Shown here: positions 24,915 through 37,110 of the stretch, one piece after another
Layout of the letters: each line of letters opens with the position of its first letter
Numbering within the stretch: the first letter of the stretch is position 1
Source of the DNA: Macrostomum lignano
Taxonomy: Eukaryota
Length of the DNA stretch: 64,000 nucleotides
Assembly: GCA_002269645.1 (NCBI GenBank)
Contig: NIVC01000303.1
Span: 441,819 to 505,818 of the forward strand
Direction: 5' to 3'
Program-made: the position numbers and the translations under genes
The notes under the pieces: model-generated
The model's input: the letters and a program-made list of their open reading frames with translations, nothing else
What the model was told of the DNA's origin: nothing
Databases searched by the model: none

Positions 24915-25713
24915 GCCAAAATCCTTCGCAATCTGGTCCTAACTCAAGGCTAAAATCCTTCGCAATCTGGTGCTAACTCAAGGCCAAAATCCTTCGCAAT
25001 CTGGTCCTAACTCAAGGCTAAAATCCTTCGCAATCTGGTCCTAACTCAAGGCTAAAATCCTTCGCAATCTGGTCCTAACTCAAGGCTAAAATCCTTCGCA
25101 ATCTGGTCCTAACTCAAGGCCAAAATCCTTCGCAATCTGGTCCTAACTCAAGGCTAAAATTCTTCGCAATCTGGTCCTAACTCAAGGCTAAAATTCTTCG
25201 CAATCTGGTCCTAACTCAAGGCTAAAATTCTTCGCAATCTGGTCCTAACTCAAGGCCAAAATCCTTCGCAATCTGGTGCTAACTCAAGGCCAAAATCCTT
25301 CGCAATCTGGTCCTAACTCAAGGCTAAAATCCTTCGCAATCTGGTCCTAACTCAAGGCCAAAATCCTTCGCAATCTGGTGCTAACTCAAGGCCAAAATCC
25401 TTCGCAATCTGGTCCTAACTCAAGGCCAAAATCCTTCGCAATCTGGTCCTAACTCAAGGCCAAAATCCTTCGCAATCTGGTCCTAACTCAAGGCTAAAAT
25501 ACTTCGCAATCTGGTGCTAACTCAAGGCTAAAATCCTTCGCAATCTGGTGCTAACTCAAGGCCAAAATCCTTCGCAATCTGGTCCTAACTCAAGGCTAAA
25601 ATACTTCGCAATCTGGTGCTAACTCAAGGCTAAAATCCTTCGCAATCTGGTGCTAACTCAAGGCTAAAATCCTTCGCAATCTGGTGCTAACTCAAGGCCA
25701 AAATCCTTCGCAA
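24915..25713. repeat. 34-bp minisatellite, ~23.5 copies
   Basis: Unit AAAATCCTTCGCAATCTGGT(C/G)CTAACTCAAGGC(T/C), head-to-tail with no spacers. Confidence 0.97.
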
Positions 25714-26339
25714 TTCGGCCTTTTTAGAAGGCCAAATTTCTTCGCAATCGAGCCTTCATGGGGAGGCCGAATTCTTTTGCAAACTGGCTCCAACTCGAGG
25801 CCGAATTCTTTCCTTTGCTGGCCTTCGCTCGGCTACAGAGAAAATCTCTCTCCCTCACGTATACGACCACCGGGCACGCCGTTCTCGGCTACAGAGAAAA
25901 TCTCTCTCTCTACCACGCGCCCACGCCTCCGCAACATCAGGTTCCGTGTGAAGAGAAAATCTCTCTGTCCCCACAAGTGTACAGTGCCTGTTCCATCCGT
26001 GCACGTACACGTATCATAAACATACTCTTCTAGAGTTTTCTATGCTCTTTGCGCATCCCAATAACCAACTCCAGGCCGATGTTTTTTTCGCAAACTGGCT
26101 CTAATTCGAGGCCGAACTCTCCCTCCCCCATGCACGCAGCCCCACGCATGCTGGCCATGTGCACACTGAGAGAGAAAAGCGCCATAACCTCCGAGTGATT
26201 TTCTAAACAGCCACAGGGCAATTTTTAGCACAATAGAGATTTTCACCCAAGGACATTCTGTCCGTATACAACGATCCACAGTCTGAAAGCCTTAACCAAT
26301 TTTCATCCCATTTTCACCATTTTCAAATTGTATGCTAAA

Positions 26340-27346
26340 TCACATTCTCTCAATCAGAATTGTAAGAGCGAACTCTTCACCATTAATAGCCACTCCAACT
26401 CTATCTTCAGTCTGAAACTGCAGAACAATTTCGTTAATTTCTTTATTACTCAAAATAACTCTTTACTGGATTGGGTTTCTCTACCAGCATCTTAACTCCT
26501 TCAACAGAGTTTGAAATATTATACAGTATGTTTGTACGCTTACCTTTAAAGACCCAGTCGAGACTCAAATTGCTGCGAATTAAAATATTCAGACCTCTAA
26601 CGATATCAGCCATATATGGAGCTAAGAACAAACCCTCTTTGTAAACTTTTGCGTCAAAACCCAACTCTTTGTACCATGCGTCGTTTTTAAACTCTATCTC
26701 TTCATCCTTATGAACTTGCAGGATTACTCTCATTACAGTGAGATCATAGGATAGTTTAACAGGAAAAAGTTTATACTCGCATCCGGTGTCTCAAAATGCT
26801 TTCGCTTACTCAAAACTTTTTCCAAGAAGTAATACGTCAGTTTGAGGCAGGTATTCTTACTCTAACTGGTTTTAAACCCCCACGCGCCGGCCTGGCCTCG
26901 CTTTGGTGGGTTGGTGGGGTGCTGGTGCCCTGCGTGCGTGCAGGGCTTAGGGCAGCCTCCCCCTCCGCTCTACGCTATTTAGTCACGCGTCGCGGCCGCT
27001 GAGTCGGCGTAATTTTGGCAAAATATTTTTTCTCTTTTAAATTACAAATGTAATATATTTCGTCGCTCAAGGGGTTCGCTTCCTCTTTCTGGGACGGGTC
27101 TGCCGGTCTTTTGTGCCACTTGCTTTTACTCTGCGTTAGTCTTTTGGGGTTTAATTATACGTATCCACTTTCTGTGTGCTTGCGGGAATGGAAATCACCT
27201 CTGCTGTAGCACCTTTCCATTTGTAATAGAACTTGTTATTAGCCAGGGTTACATTTGGAACATTCGACCAACCTGTAAAATCATTAAGATAAACATGATA
27301 ATTCGCCCAGCATCCAACTAGAACATCGAATAGGCTGTTCTAGTTT
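26340..27346 (-). pseudogene. Broken Polinton/Maverick-type minor capsid (penton) gene
   Basis: N-part KLEQPI..YHVYLNDFTGWSNVPNVTLANNKFYY..VISIPAS (27178-27346). C-part ADIVRGLNILIRSNL..KGKRTNILYNI..LVEKPNP, then a frameshift to SNKEINEIVLQFQTEDRVGVAINGEEFALTILIERM*. This fits the penton motif layout as I recall it. Confidence 0.65.
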
Positions 27347-27616
27347 TTCTACAAACATCCTATTTGATTCGGTAATTCTTCCAGTAACAGATACATGTAA
27401 TCGGAATGCTTTCCTTGGAGTGTGAAACAACATTATTTAATCTTTAGACTATGACTTCCATTTTTCTAACCTACTTTTTACTTTAATTTTTAAACCCAAA
27501 CTTTACTTGATGAATTGTTAATCATTTTATCTTTATTTTTCTCTCGAACGCATAGATAATAAACAAATCAACGGCTGCAGCCTCATCCAGTTCTTTCCGC
27601 TCAATGTAACGATATA

Positions 27617-27706
27617 TACCGATTTTTTTCGGCAGCAATTGCGTAAGCTGAAGCCGCGTAGCGGCTGAAGCTTAGTAGAGCAATTGCTGCCGAAAAAAAA
27701 TCGGTA
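27617..27706. other. Nested palindrome/hairpin (26-27 bp arms, inner TAAGCT/AGCTTA and GCCGC-gta-GCGGC)
   Basis: TACCGATTTTTTTCGGCAGCAATTGC pairs with GCAATTGCTGCCGAAAAAAAATCGGTA. Confidence 0.9.
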
Positions 27707-27981
27707 CATGTCATTATTGTACCCTTTTGACTTCCCTTGTCTATGGCCCAGACATAGTGCGGATGCTGAGTATGAAATGCGATTGTTGCCGGAATGCGCT
27801 TTGAAAGGGTTGTAGAGATAATCAATCGTCTATGGCAAATTTAGTTGCTCTCTAAATGAAAGGGTTGTAGAGATAATTAATCGTTTATGGCAAATTTAAA
27901 GGACAGTGAAGACAGCTAGCCTGGCTGCCATGAGTTAATTCTCAAGTTGATTTTGAGCTTGAATTAATTCTCCTATTCGGA

Positions 27982-28272
27982 GTGCAAATAGGAAAAGTAG
28001 CTATGATTCGCTACGCAAACATTCCTGGCGGAGAAATATGTGGACTCTCCACGGACGAGTTGGCTTTTGTCACCCGAGAGTCGAGCACGCGCTACGTTCT
28101 GGAGATGGACAACCTGGATGCGTCGTCCAGTTCCAACGGGCTGCCTGAGCTAGGTAGCGAAGATCTGGAAAAGAGGCGAGCTGATGAAAGCACCGAGGGC
28201 GGCCAAGACCTGCCGAGAAGCCTCTGTGGTGGTCAGTTCCACAACTGCACATTCAACTTTTACGGAAAGTAA
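27982..28272 (+). pseudogene. Possible C-terminal remnant of a Crypton/DUF3504-type recombinase
   Basis: The ORF ends GGQFHNCTFNFYGK*, resembling the FxNCTFNF tail I recall for this family. No catalytic motifs are visible. Confidence 0.3.
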
Positions 28273-28597
28273 AACAATTGATTCGATCGGTTTGTTCTTA
28301 AGAACTTTTTGTGACTATGAAACACTTTCGCCGTGTTGCTATTGTTGTTCCTTGTTTTGATAGCCAAATACATTCGTCTGAAATCCGGCAACAATCGAAA
28401 AAAGCCGACAAACAATTAAATTGTTACCGCAAGTATGAATGCCGGAAACCATAGACAAAAGGGAACAATATAGCATTTTTCAAGCCAATTGAGGCCTAGG
28501 AGCAAGCAATTTAATCCTTAGTGAGAAAATCAAGCTATTGAAGACTTGCTTTTCATCGTCTATGACCCGAAAGGGGGGTCTATATTCCTATATTCCT

Positions 28598-29889
28598 ATG
28601 CACACTTTTCCAGGCTAAGTTAAAAACAACTTATATTTTTGTCTAACTTCCATGAAGACGCTATTTCGGTTATTTAAAAAAATTGTGCATCTGTGCATCT
28701 GCTAAACGGTTGCATGCGGCAGGGAGTTTACCAATCATTGCATCGGATACAACAGTTCAGCTGTAGGTCTTCGACTTCATAATCTCACTCAAGCCAGAGT
28801 TTGAAACTGTACATCATCGTGGATGGCGTTTTCTGTATATAATTTAAACATAAACCGTACTGCCAAAAATTGCCTAATTGTGTATATGCATACAGTATGT
28901 TTCGTCTTCTGCCAACCTCTAAACGCGAAGATGACAAATATTAATAAGAAAAACAGTGTTTAAAATTCTTTACAAAAGTATCAATTAAGTATGCTCAGTA
29001 GTGTTAAACAAAAGAACGTGACGATAGTACAATTCGGCTGCGTTTGTGACTTTTTTAACATTTATAAAACGCATTTTCATGCAACGTTATACTGCATAAG
29101 TTGTTCATGTGTGATATTTCTATTTTCATTCGTCTCTCGACAGACGTCTCTCTATACAACGACATTCTATTGCAGCTGAGGTTTATTGTCTTTTGCTTCC
29201 TGTGCTTTCAGATTTATACAACATAAGGCTATGAGCATTAGTGCGCGCTAAAACTCGGGTAGACCACATCAAAAACCAGATACGAAAATAACAAGTAGCT
29301 ACTTGGTTGGCATTGCTATGGGAGCGGAAGGCACTCAATTCTGGATACATGTGGCTTACATGGAAAAGGAAGTCTCCAAACCGAGCAGTAGATACGTAGC
29401 TAGCTTAGATACCGCCTTTGTGAGTCAAATTTTATTTTCTCATAAGACCATTTACTGCTCAATTTATTATACTATCCATGCAATGTATCTCTCAAGCTGA
29501 CAAAGATGAATAAAATAGCAACTTGCGTTTCGTGTATCAAGAGTAGTATAGACTAAACAGTAGTGTTTTAAAGCTCCCAATTCAGCCAACGAAAATTCTA
29601 TATTTGATATACATAAAGAACCTGATAAAAATAACGTTTATTACTAATAGCCAACAGGTATAGCTGTCAATATCACACAGTTGTGTGGTAGCAACTCCCA
29701 TCGTGTACTTCTACAGCTGCTCAAAGCTGCATCCCTTCATATCAGGGGTGAGCGTTTATTGCGTGAAACATTACGCTGACTCCTGAGCACACTACAAGCG
29801 CGCTAATAATGTACACAGGCACGCACTCATACACACATGTATGCTTACACAGGGTGTACAGCGGTCCTGACTTTCTAATCGTTAGGCAT
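28598..29889 (+). repeat. Copy B of the ~1.3 kb non-coding dispersed repeat (empty site for the solo LTR)
   Basis: Colinear with 9628-10329 plus 11220-11833. Confidence 0.92.
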
Positions 29890-29899
29890 TTACGAGTAG

Positions 29900-30360
29900 A
29901 AGCTTCCGAGAGAAGAGGCGCCCGCACTAAAGACAGACCCGAAGGGCCTTAATCAAGAAGCTCAAGCTCAAAGCCTGTACAACACTGGTGGCAGCGGTGG
30001 GATTCCAAGACCTACTAGGCCACCTCGAGACAACCCCAAGCGCAAAGCAAATACTTCTCCTATGATAAAAAAGCAAAAGCAGTTCAAGCCATTGCCCATT
30101 AAAACCGTCAACCAACTGCTCGATTCGCTGATACTGTACAGTGTCTGATCAAATCTGTGTCTCAACCTGTTTGAGTTCAAGATGCTCAAACTGAAGTGCA
30201 GAGACCTCACTTTATGGACTCTTATCCTATTGGCAGCATTACGACTATGCTGTTTTGGTTTTGCCGGTTCTATTCGACCAAGCGCAGTTACATTACACAG
30301 AATGTCATTCAATGCTTTTGCTTTTTCTTTGCGAGAAAATGAACACATTGTGAAACCGTT
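29900..30360 (-). mobile_element. Degenerate non-LTR RT N-terminal fragment
   Basis: KEKAKALNDIL and a VDGFNGQWL segment resemble the pre-RT EKAxxLNxxF and GPDG motifs. Confidence 0.45.
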
Positions 30361-30559
30361 TTGTGACGCATAGAATTTAGTCTTGCTGGACCAAAAAGGG
30401 GTCCAAAAAGACCCCTAAACCACCCAAAAGCTTTTGGCACACTGACTGGAGAAACTTTAGATGTACTTTAGAATAAGCTAGACAACTGCAGAATTTTTAG
30501 AGCGCACATTTCCACTCCTGAAGAAGGTAGTTGAGAACCTTACTGAAAGTATTTAAGCA

Positions 30560-31776
30560 GCGATTTCAGAAGTAGTCCCGGATCGTGACCCTAAGAAGCA
30601 GTTGCTTCCAGACATTATTCAACATATTACACATAGGAGGAAGCCTGAAGAAAACTTTACAAGAATACTAGAATAGACGTTCGAAAGGCGTTTGACTCGG
30701 TGTTGAGAGCCGCGCTTCCCTTCGTCCTTCAAGTCTACCGGGTACCCCAGCAGCTAATCGACGCTGTCATGGCGCTGTATTGCGACACTCGAGCTGTGGT
30801 GACGGCGGACGGCCTGTCTGACCTGTTCGACGCTTCATCAGGAGTTCTGCAGGGCGGCAAGCTGGCGCCGTTCCTCTTCGTGCTGCTGCTAGACTGGGTG
30901 CTTTGGAACGCACTTCCCTCGGCTGACGACGGCTTCCTGCTGCGCACACGTATCGGTCGCCGCCACGTCGAAAAGCGCCTGAGCGTGCCTGGCTATGCCC
31001 TCCTGTCCTCGTCCGTTGAAGGCGTCCAGCTCTAGATCGACAGGCTGGTCGAGGTGGCATTGAGCGTCGGTCTGGTTGTCAACACGCTGAAGACCGAGGT
31101 GCTGACTGCCGGCCCACAATCCCAGCGGACCTGACGTGCCGCGGCGCAGACGGGCAGACGAACAGGCTCGCACGCTGCCAGCGGTTCACCTACCTCGTCA
31201 GTCTGGTGCCTCACGTGGAGGAAGACCTTTGGCGGCGCAGAGGACTTGCCTGGGCGGCCTTCGGTTCAATCCGGGCCGTCGTCCAGTCCGAAGCGCTGCC
31301 CGACCGCCAGAGTGCTGGGCTGTGGCAGGCGGTGGTCGAAACTGTCCTGCTATACAACGCCGAGACGTGGACGCTGACGGCTACGCTGGAGCGGCAGTTG
31401 GACTCGACGCACTCAGGCTGCTCTGCGTGCGGCCTTTCGAGCTGACGAGAGCGTCGGGACCGAGGCCCTGTACGATCGGGCCAAACTGCAGCGCCCGTCC
31501 ATCATCCTTCACCGGCGGCGCCGCCGGGTCATGTGATCCAGGCCGAGGGCTACTGCCGCCAACCTGTTCAGGACGTTCTGCTGCTCAACTTGCAGGACCC
31601 GCTTAGGCGGGGTCAGGCCCAAACCCGACGATACGTGGACTGCCTCCTACGCGACGCCAGGGCGCCCGACACTGCCAACGGGGCGGATTTCGTCCGCTCT
31701 CAGGCTCTGCGGCGCGCCATCCGACGCACCCTGCTCTGTGACTTTGATTGCGGGGCTGCGTAATTTGTTGTTGTTT
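30560..31776 (+). mobile_element. Decayed RTE-like non-LTR retrotransposon with (TGT)n tail
   Basis: SGVLQGGKLAPFLF and VLLYNAETWTLT. The 3' end CTGCGTAATTTGTTGTTGTTT resembles the end of 7041-7947. Confidence 0.85.
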
Positions 31777-31849
31777 ACAGTAGACAATTTCAGAGTTTTG
31801 GCTAATCAGGCGGCCAAATAAACTAGGTCCTCAATCAGAATGCATCGCT

Positions 31850-33240
31850 ACAGGAAGTATGAAAACCGTGGCAAAAGTAGCGAAACTAGCTAAAGAACCT
31901 CGCCAGTTCTGGATTGGCATCAAGCAGATGGCCGGCGAGGCTCACAAACCAATCTCGTACCATTCTTTGAACTATTAAAGGGTCTTCTGCGGGAATAGTG
32001 GGAACGCTTCCTTACTGATCAAATGCAGCCCCATCTAAATAAAAACTCCAAGGTTTATCAAGAAATCAATGACAATGAGTCCCATGAGATGTTCCGCCCC
32101 ATGATAACATGATACGGGCCATCTTTTATCGTCGGGATAGGCTGATCCCAACGATCCCGATAGGGAGGACACTGAGTCCGACATTCTCAACATTCTCGAC
32201 TTGGACGTCTCCATGGAGACCAAAAAACTCAGATCAGGTAGAGCTACTGGTCCTGATAAGATTCCAAACATTGTCCTGAAGCTTGGGTTGGGGTTAGCCC
32301 GGACTCAGTTAAAATTCTTGCCCACATCGTTAATACCAGCTGTCTTCTAGGCTACGTATTATTCCAGCGCTTGGAAGAGAGCTGTAATTAAAATAATTCC
32401 CAAACCTAGGAAACCTGCAGGGGATATTAGCAGTTACAGACCTATCAGCCTTACCTCATGTATAGGCAAACTGTATGAAAAAAAATCGCCGGAAACCTGC
32501 GAACAATTATAGTAGAAAATAAAAGCATTATAAACGAAGACCAATGTGGGTACAGACGGGACCACTGTGCGCTTGACAACATTGTTCGGCTCACAGACGA
32601 TGTTCTGAAAATGCTTCAAATTATGAACTAGCTTCTCTATTCGCGTCTGCTTTGACGTCAAGGGAGCTTTCGACGGGGTCTGGCATAGTTATCTTAGACA
32701 AAGGTTCTTTGAGTATGAGGTTCCTCACAACATGGTAAGGATCATGATTGCAGGGAGATTAAAATCCAGGTGGGTGTGCCGTCAGCGAGGGCTTTGATCT
32801 TGCTGCTGGCGTCTCCTCAAGGTTGGGGTGCTTTCGCCTCTTTTTTTCATAGTAAATGTCAGCTCCATTCCCAGACTGCTGGACAACCGGGTTAATATTA
32901 GCCAATTTGCTGACCACCTTGCTGACTGGGCCAGCGCCAGAAAGTCCAGCATGTCTGCGAAGGGGCTTAACAGCTACTTTGGCACCTTAAAAAAATTGCT
33001 GGGCGACGTTGGCAGCACCATCAAAAGCAAGGCAGTTTCCTTCTTTAAGTTTAATGGCAACCACATCACGAAAAGCCAATCCTTACGTAAACTTTGTCAG
33101 GATGAAATTCAATACTACGACCCTGCGGCCTCCTAGGTGTCACTCTAGTAAGGAACTTAACTTTAAACCGCACTTTTCCAAGATTGCTGGCATCATGATG
33201 GCCAAGCTCAACGCCATGAGAAAGGATCGCTAGGAACACT
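31850..33240 (+). mobile_element. Decayed jockey/I-like reverse transcriptase
   Basis: ATGPDKIPNIVLK, WKRAVIKIIPKP..SYRPISLTSCIGKLYEK, DVKGAFDGVWH, LSPLFF and SQFADHLA, with stops and frameshifts. Confidence 0.85.
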
Positions 33241-33289
33241 AGGGTCTCCCTAAAATACAAAAAGACGAGGGCACAGCATCAAGATCTTC

Positions 33290-34319
33290 CTGGTGCTAGC
33301 CACATGAAAGCGCTCGTAGAGAACTCCGTCAAGGCATGTGAAACCTGCCGGCTCAACCAGGCTGATCCGCCCAAAGCGCCAAAGCACCCATTGTCCTTCC
33401 CATCGGAGCCGTGGTCAAGACTGCGTGTCGAATTTTCTGGGCCAGTGAACTGACGCACTTTTCTAGTGCTTATCGACGCGCATAGCAAGTGGCCGGAGGT
33501 GAAGCAGCTGACCAGCATGAGGTCGGCCTAGACAATCAGCTTCTTTGCAAGCTTTTTTTGCGCGCCAGGGGCCTGCCGCAGACTCTGGTGTCGGACAACG
33601 GAGCCCAGTTTGCGTCATCGGAATTCACCGAGTTCTTGAGGATCAACGGTGTCGAGCACGTGACTTTAGCGCTATTTCCAACCGGCGACAAAGGGACAAG
33701 CTGAACGGTTCGTGAGTGTTGAAACAGCACCTGAAGAAATCGGGACCGCCCGAGAAAGCTTTGCAGCAGTTCCTGCTCACCTATCGCAACACGCCACATT
33801 CAGCCTCGGGCTCGGCTCCCAGCCAGCTGCTCTTCGGGCGCCGATTTGATCCCGGCTCGATCTGCTAACGCCCTCACTCGTCAGCAACCGGCACCAGCAG
33901 CAGCGGTCAGCGCTTCAACAGTCACCCAGGCAAGCCAGGACGTTCCGACCGGAAGACCGAGTTTTGTTGCGAGACTACAGCACTACCACTAGAAACCGTT
34001 GGCAAGAAGGCACCGTCAATTTTTCGGGCGGGGCCCTGAAACTGCACTGTGAGCACAGACAGCCCTCTCATGCAGCGTCACACTGATCAACTACTGTCGC
34101 TGCCAGACCGCGGCACCGACACACCGCCGCGCCTGCCTGCCGCTGCCGCTGCCGCCACGCCCCCACCAACGGCCCAGCAGCAGGACGACTCTGACGATGA
34201 ACATTCGGCTGCCGGCGGCATCCTGGCACTAGAAGTGGATTCATCGGCCCAGCGATATCCCCAGCACACCCGTGCACCACCGGACCGACTTTGACTCCAG
34301 CCTCCAGCCTCAGGGGAGA
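33290..34319 (+). mobile_element. Gypsy-type integrase relic ending in a polypurine tract
   Basis: CETC, LVLIDAHSKWPEV and LVSDNGAQFASSEF. PPT AGGGGAGA (34312-34319) sits directly before TG. Confidence 0.85.
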
Positions 34320-34620
34320 TGTGATGGTCTGGGCTGATCCCTCCACAGTCTGGTCAGGGTCAACTGCTCCCACTGACTACGACACTGTCTTTTCCTGACT
34401 CACCGTAGTCACCCCCTCTGAATAGTCGGACCCCATGCTATGTAATGCACCATCGGTACTTATCTTTCGTGTTTCGTGCCACAATTTGCCTGGCAAATGT
34501 GGGAGGAGCCCACAAATATATAGTAAAACCGGAGCCCTATAATATGGATACATCTCTGTCTGTCTGCCTCTTGAAAGCCACTTTCCAGTGCATAATCAAA
34601 GACTTCGTTTCAAGTCATTG
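34320..34620 (+). mobile_element. Probable 3' LTR of the preceding Gypsy element (right end uncertain)
   Basis: Starts TGTGATGG immediately after the PPT. Confidence 0.5.
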
Positions 34621-35008
34621 CATTTTCTACGATAATTTTTCGTAAGAGCCAACTCTAAATTAGGGTCTAAAATTAACACAGAGACAATGAGAACAGACTT
34701 GCACCGTCTATAGGTGCCTGCATTATTGAGTATGATTTCCTGTTAATTGAACTTTGAACCATGAAGTTGTTGTGTACATGTATATCTATGTTTATGCTCA
34801 CATTTTTCATCCATGTTTGCTAAAAAAATAATTTACCTACATTAAAAGTTTATTGCCTGCTTAATTAATAGCGAGAATGTCAGTCGGTAATATTTTATTT
34901 AGGCAGATATTCTGTATGCCCAAAAAGGTCAATCTATTCTGCTTTACTTCACAACTAAGAGTTGCTCCACTGTCACTGAGTTCTTACATTCGAAATATGT
35001 TGATTCAA

Positions 35009-36342
35009 TCAAAAAGTCCTCTGACTATCGGAGGAAGACAGCTTCGGCTTCGAGTCTCCGATGCAGGGAAACAGAAACTGGTAAAAGCTTCTGGACAGAC
35101 CGGCTATGAACAGCGAGTTAGTAAAGTACGGAATGTGGAACAGCATAGCCGCCAGTCGATCAGAGACCACATCTGAAAAAGGTTTATTTCAAACGAATTA
35201 AATAGAGTAGTGCTAGATAAAACAAAACAGCAGAAGTCTACAAACACACAAGAAATCGGATCCACATAATTGTCAATCCTCGTGCTGACCACCAGCAGCA
35301 GTCGGGAGAAGAAGAAACACAACAACAGCGTGACGTTCATCCCCAGCAGCCTGGCGGTGGCTCGAGCCTCCATGTTCACTGCGTCAGCTCCTTCATTGCC
35401 ACTCATTGACAGCACAGCTCTATTCCTTTTCGACTGAAACAGCACTATGATTATGATAGTGGCAGACAGCATGTTCAGAAAGCATATGAAGAATGCCACT
35501 ACTAGCATGAAAACAAAGCCAATGAACTGCAGTTCCTTATCAGTGTTAATAACCTGAAAGGCCGGAACGCTGCATTTCCCATAGTAAACATGGATGCCGT
35601 ATATTGTCGTGGAAAACAACGTCAAACTCCAGCCGTCTATAATCAGAGCGCCGAACACGACCGCCACAACCAGAGCAAGCAGCGAAGCCGCAAGAATCAA
35701 GATCAGGTCGAGTCTCTTGGTCAGGTGGGCCTTGGCAACCAGCGGATACTTGATGCAGTAGCAGCGCAGTAGCGAGCTGATGGTCAGAGCGAACGGAGAC
35801 AGGTACAGTGGGAAGTAGAGGATGATGAAGAATACTCTGCACATTACATTCTGGAGGAATCTGTGGTCTTTAGACGCAGGCCCCACATCAGAAACTGCAG
35901 ATCGTTTCCGGGTCCATAACTAGCGTAGGGATTGGAATTAAAAAAATCATCAGTGATCATTTCGTATGCGCGGTACAAGGTGCCCGCAATGTCCGCACTG
36001 ACGACTAGGAGAAACCACTTCCTGGCTGACAGAGAGAAGCCGGTGTTTCCGCGAACCAGGAAAATGACGGTGAGGATCTGCAGCAGCAGGCCTGTTGGGA
36101 AGCCGATGGCCTTGGAAATTCCTACTCCAAATTTCATAAAGGCATTCCAGTATGACTGAACAAGTAAATTGTATCTTTTTGTTAAATATTCTTCAGAAAG
36201 GGTTCGGTTGAAGTTTTGCTGCAGATGGGTCCTGTGCCCTACAATAATAAAAAGGAAACTGTTTTAAACTAACTGCATGTAATTCAATAAGCTTTGAAAA
36301 ATACTCACCCAAAGGATCTCCAACGTATTTAAAAGTATTCAT
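35009..36342 (-). pseudogene. GPCR paralog with a single 1-bp deletion; complement(join(35009..35172,35250..36238,36309..36342))
   Basis: Same three-exon structure as 19824-21213 but 1187 instead of 1188 nt. CTGCGTCTAAAG here versus CTGCGGTCTAAAG in the paralog, at ~35876. I saw no other lesion. Confidence 0.85.
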
Positions 36343-36786
36343 TTCTGTTGACTAGTAAAGTGTTCTTTAACTTATGACTTCACGTTACGGCTCCCGTGTT
36401 TACACGGTTTTATACACATTTTGGTGATTGTGTATGTTTCTCAAAAAGCCTCATTGTTTATCTTGTTAGCGATTGATTTCATTGAGTAAGAAATCGTATT
36501 ACTGACGCTGCCATGCTTTTGTGCTCTGCTGCTTTGGTTAACTTTACGGGTTCTTCCGCTGTTAACGGGTTTCTGTGCAATAGCAAGGCCGATGCGCTTA
36601 TGTTGCGACTTTTGGATACTGACGCACCATTAATTTTTATAAAGGTGCAGTTTATCTACCACCCTGAATTCTATGCTGGTGGCGCATAGTAAGTTTTATG
36701 GCACCTTGAATATTTTATTACGGTATTTGAGTATTTGAGCACTTAAATGACCGAAACATTAGAGCGGAGCGTATAGTTTAGCACAA

Positions 36787-37110
36787 TGATTAGAGCGGAA
36801 CCTATGATTAGAGCGGAACCTATGATTAGATTGGAACCTATGATTAGATTGGAACCTATGATTGGAGCCGAACCTATGATTAGAGCGGAACCTATGATTG
36901 GAGCGGAACCTATGATTAGAGCGGAACCTATGATTGGAGCGGAACCTATGATTAGATTGGAACCTATGATTAGATTGGAACCTATGATTAGAGCGGAACC
37001 TATGATTAGAGAGGAACCTATGATTAGATTGGAACCTATGATTGGAGAGGAACCTATGATTAGAGCGGAACCTATGATTGGAGCCGAACCTATGATTGGA
37101 GCGGAACCTA
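36787..37110. repeat. 18-bp minisatellite, ~18 copies
   Basis: Unit ATGATT(A/G)GA(GC/TT/GA)GGAACCT. Confidence 0.95.

Noticed and set aside
24915-25713. CRISPR-like 34-bp repeats
   Set aside because: Units are head-to-tail with no unique spacers, there are no cas genes, and the context is eukaryotic.
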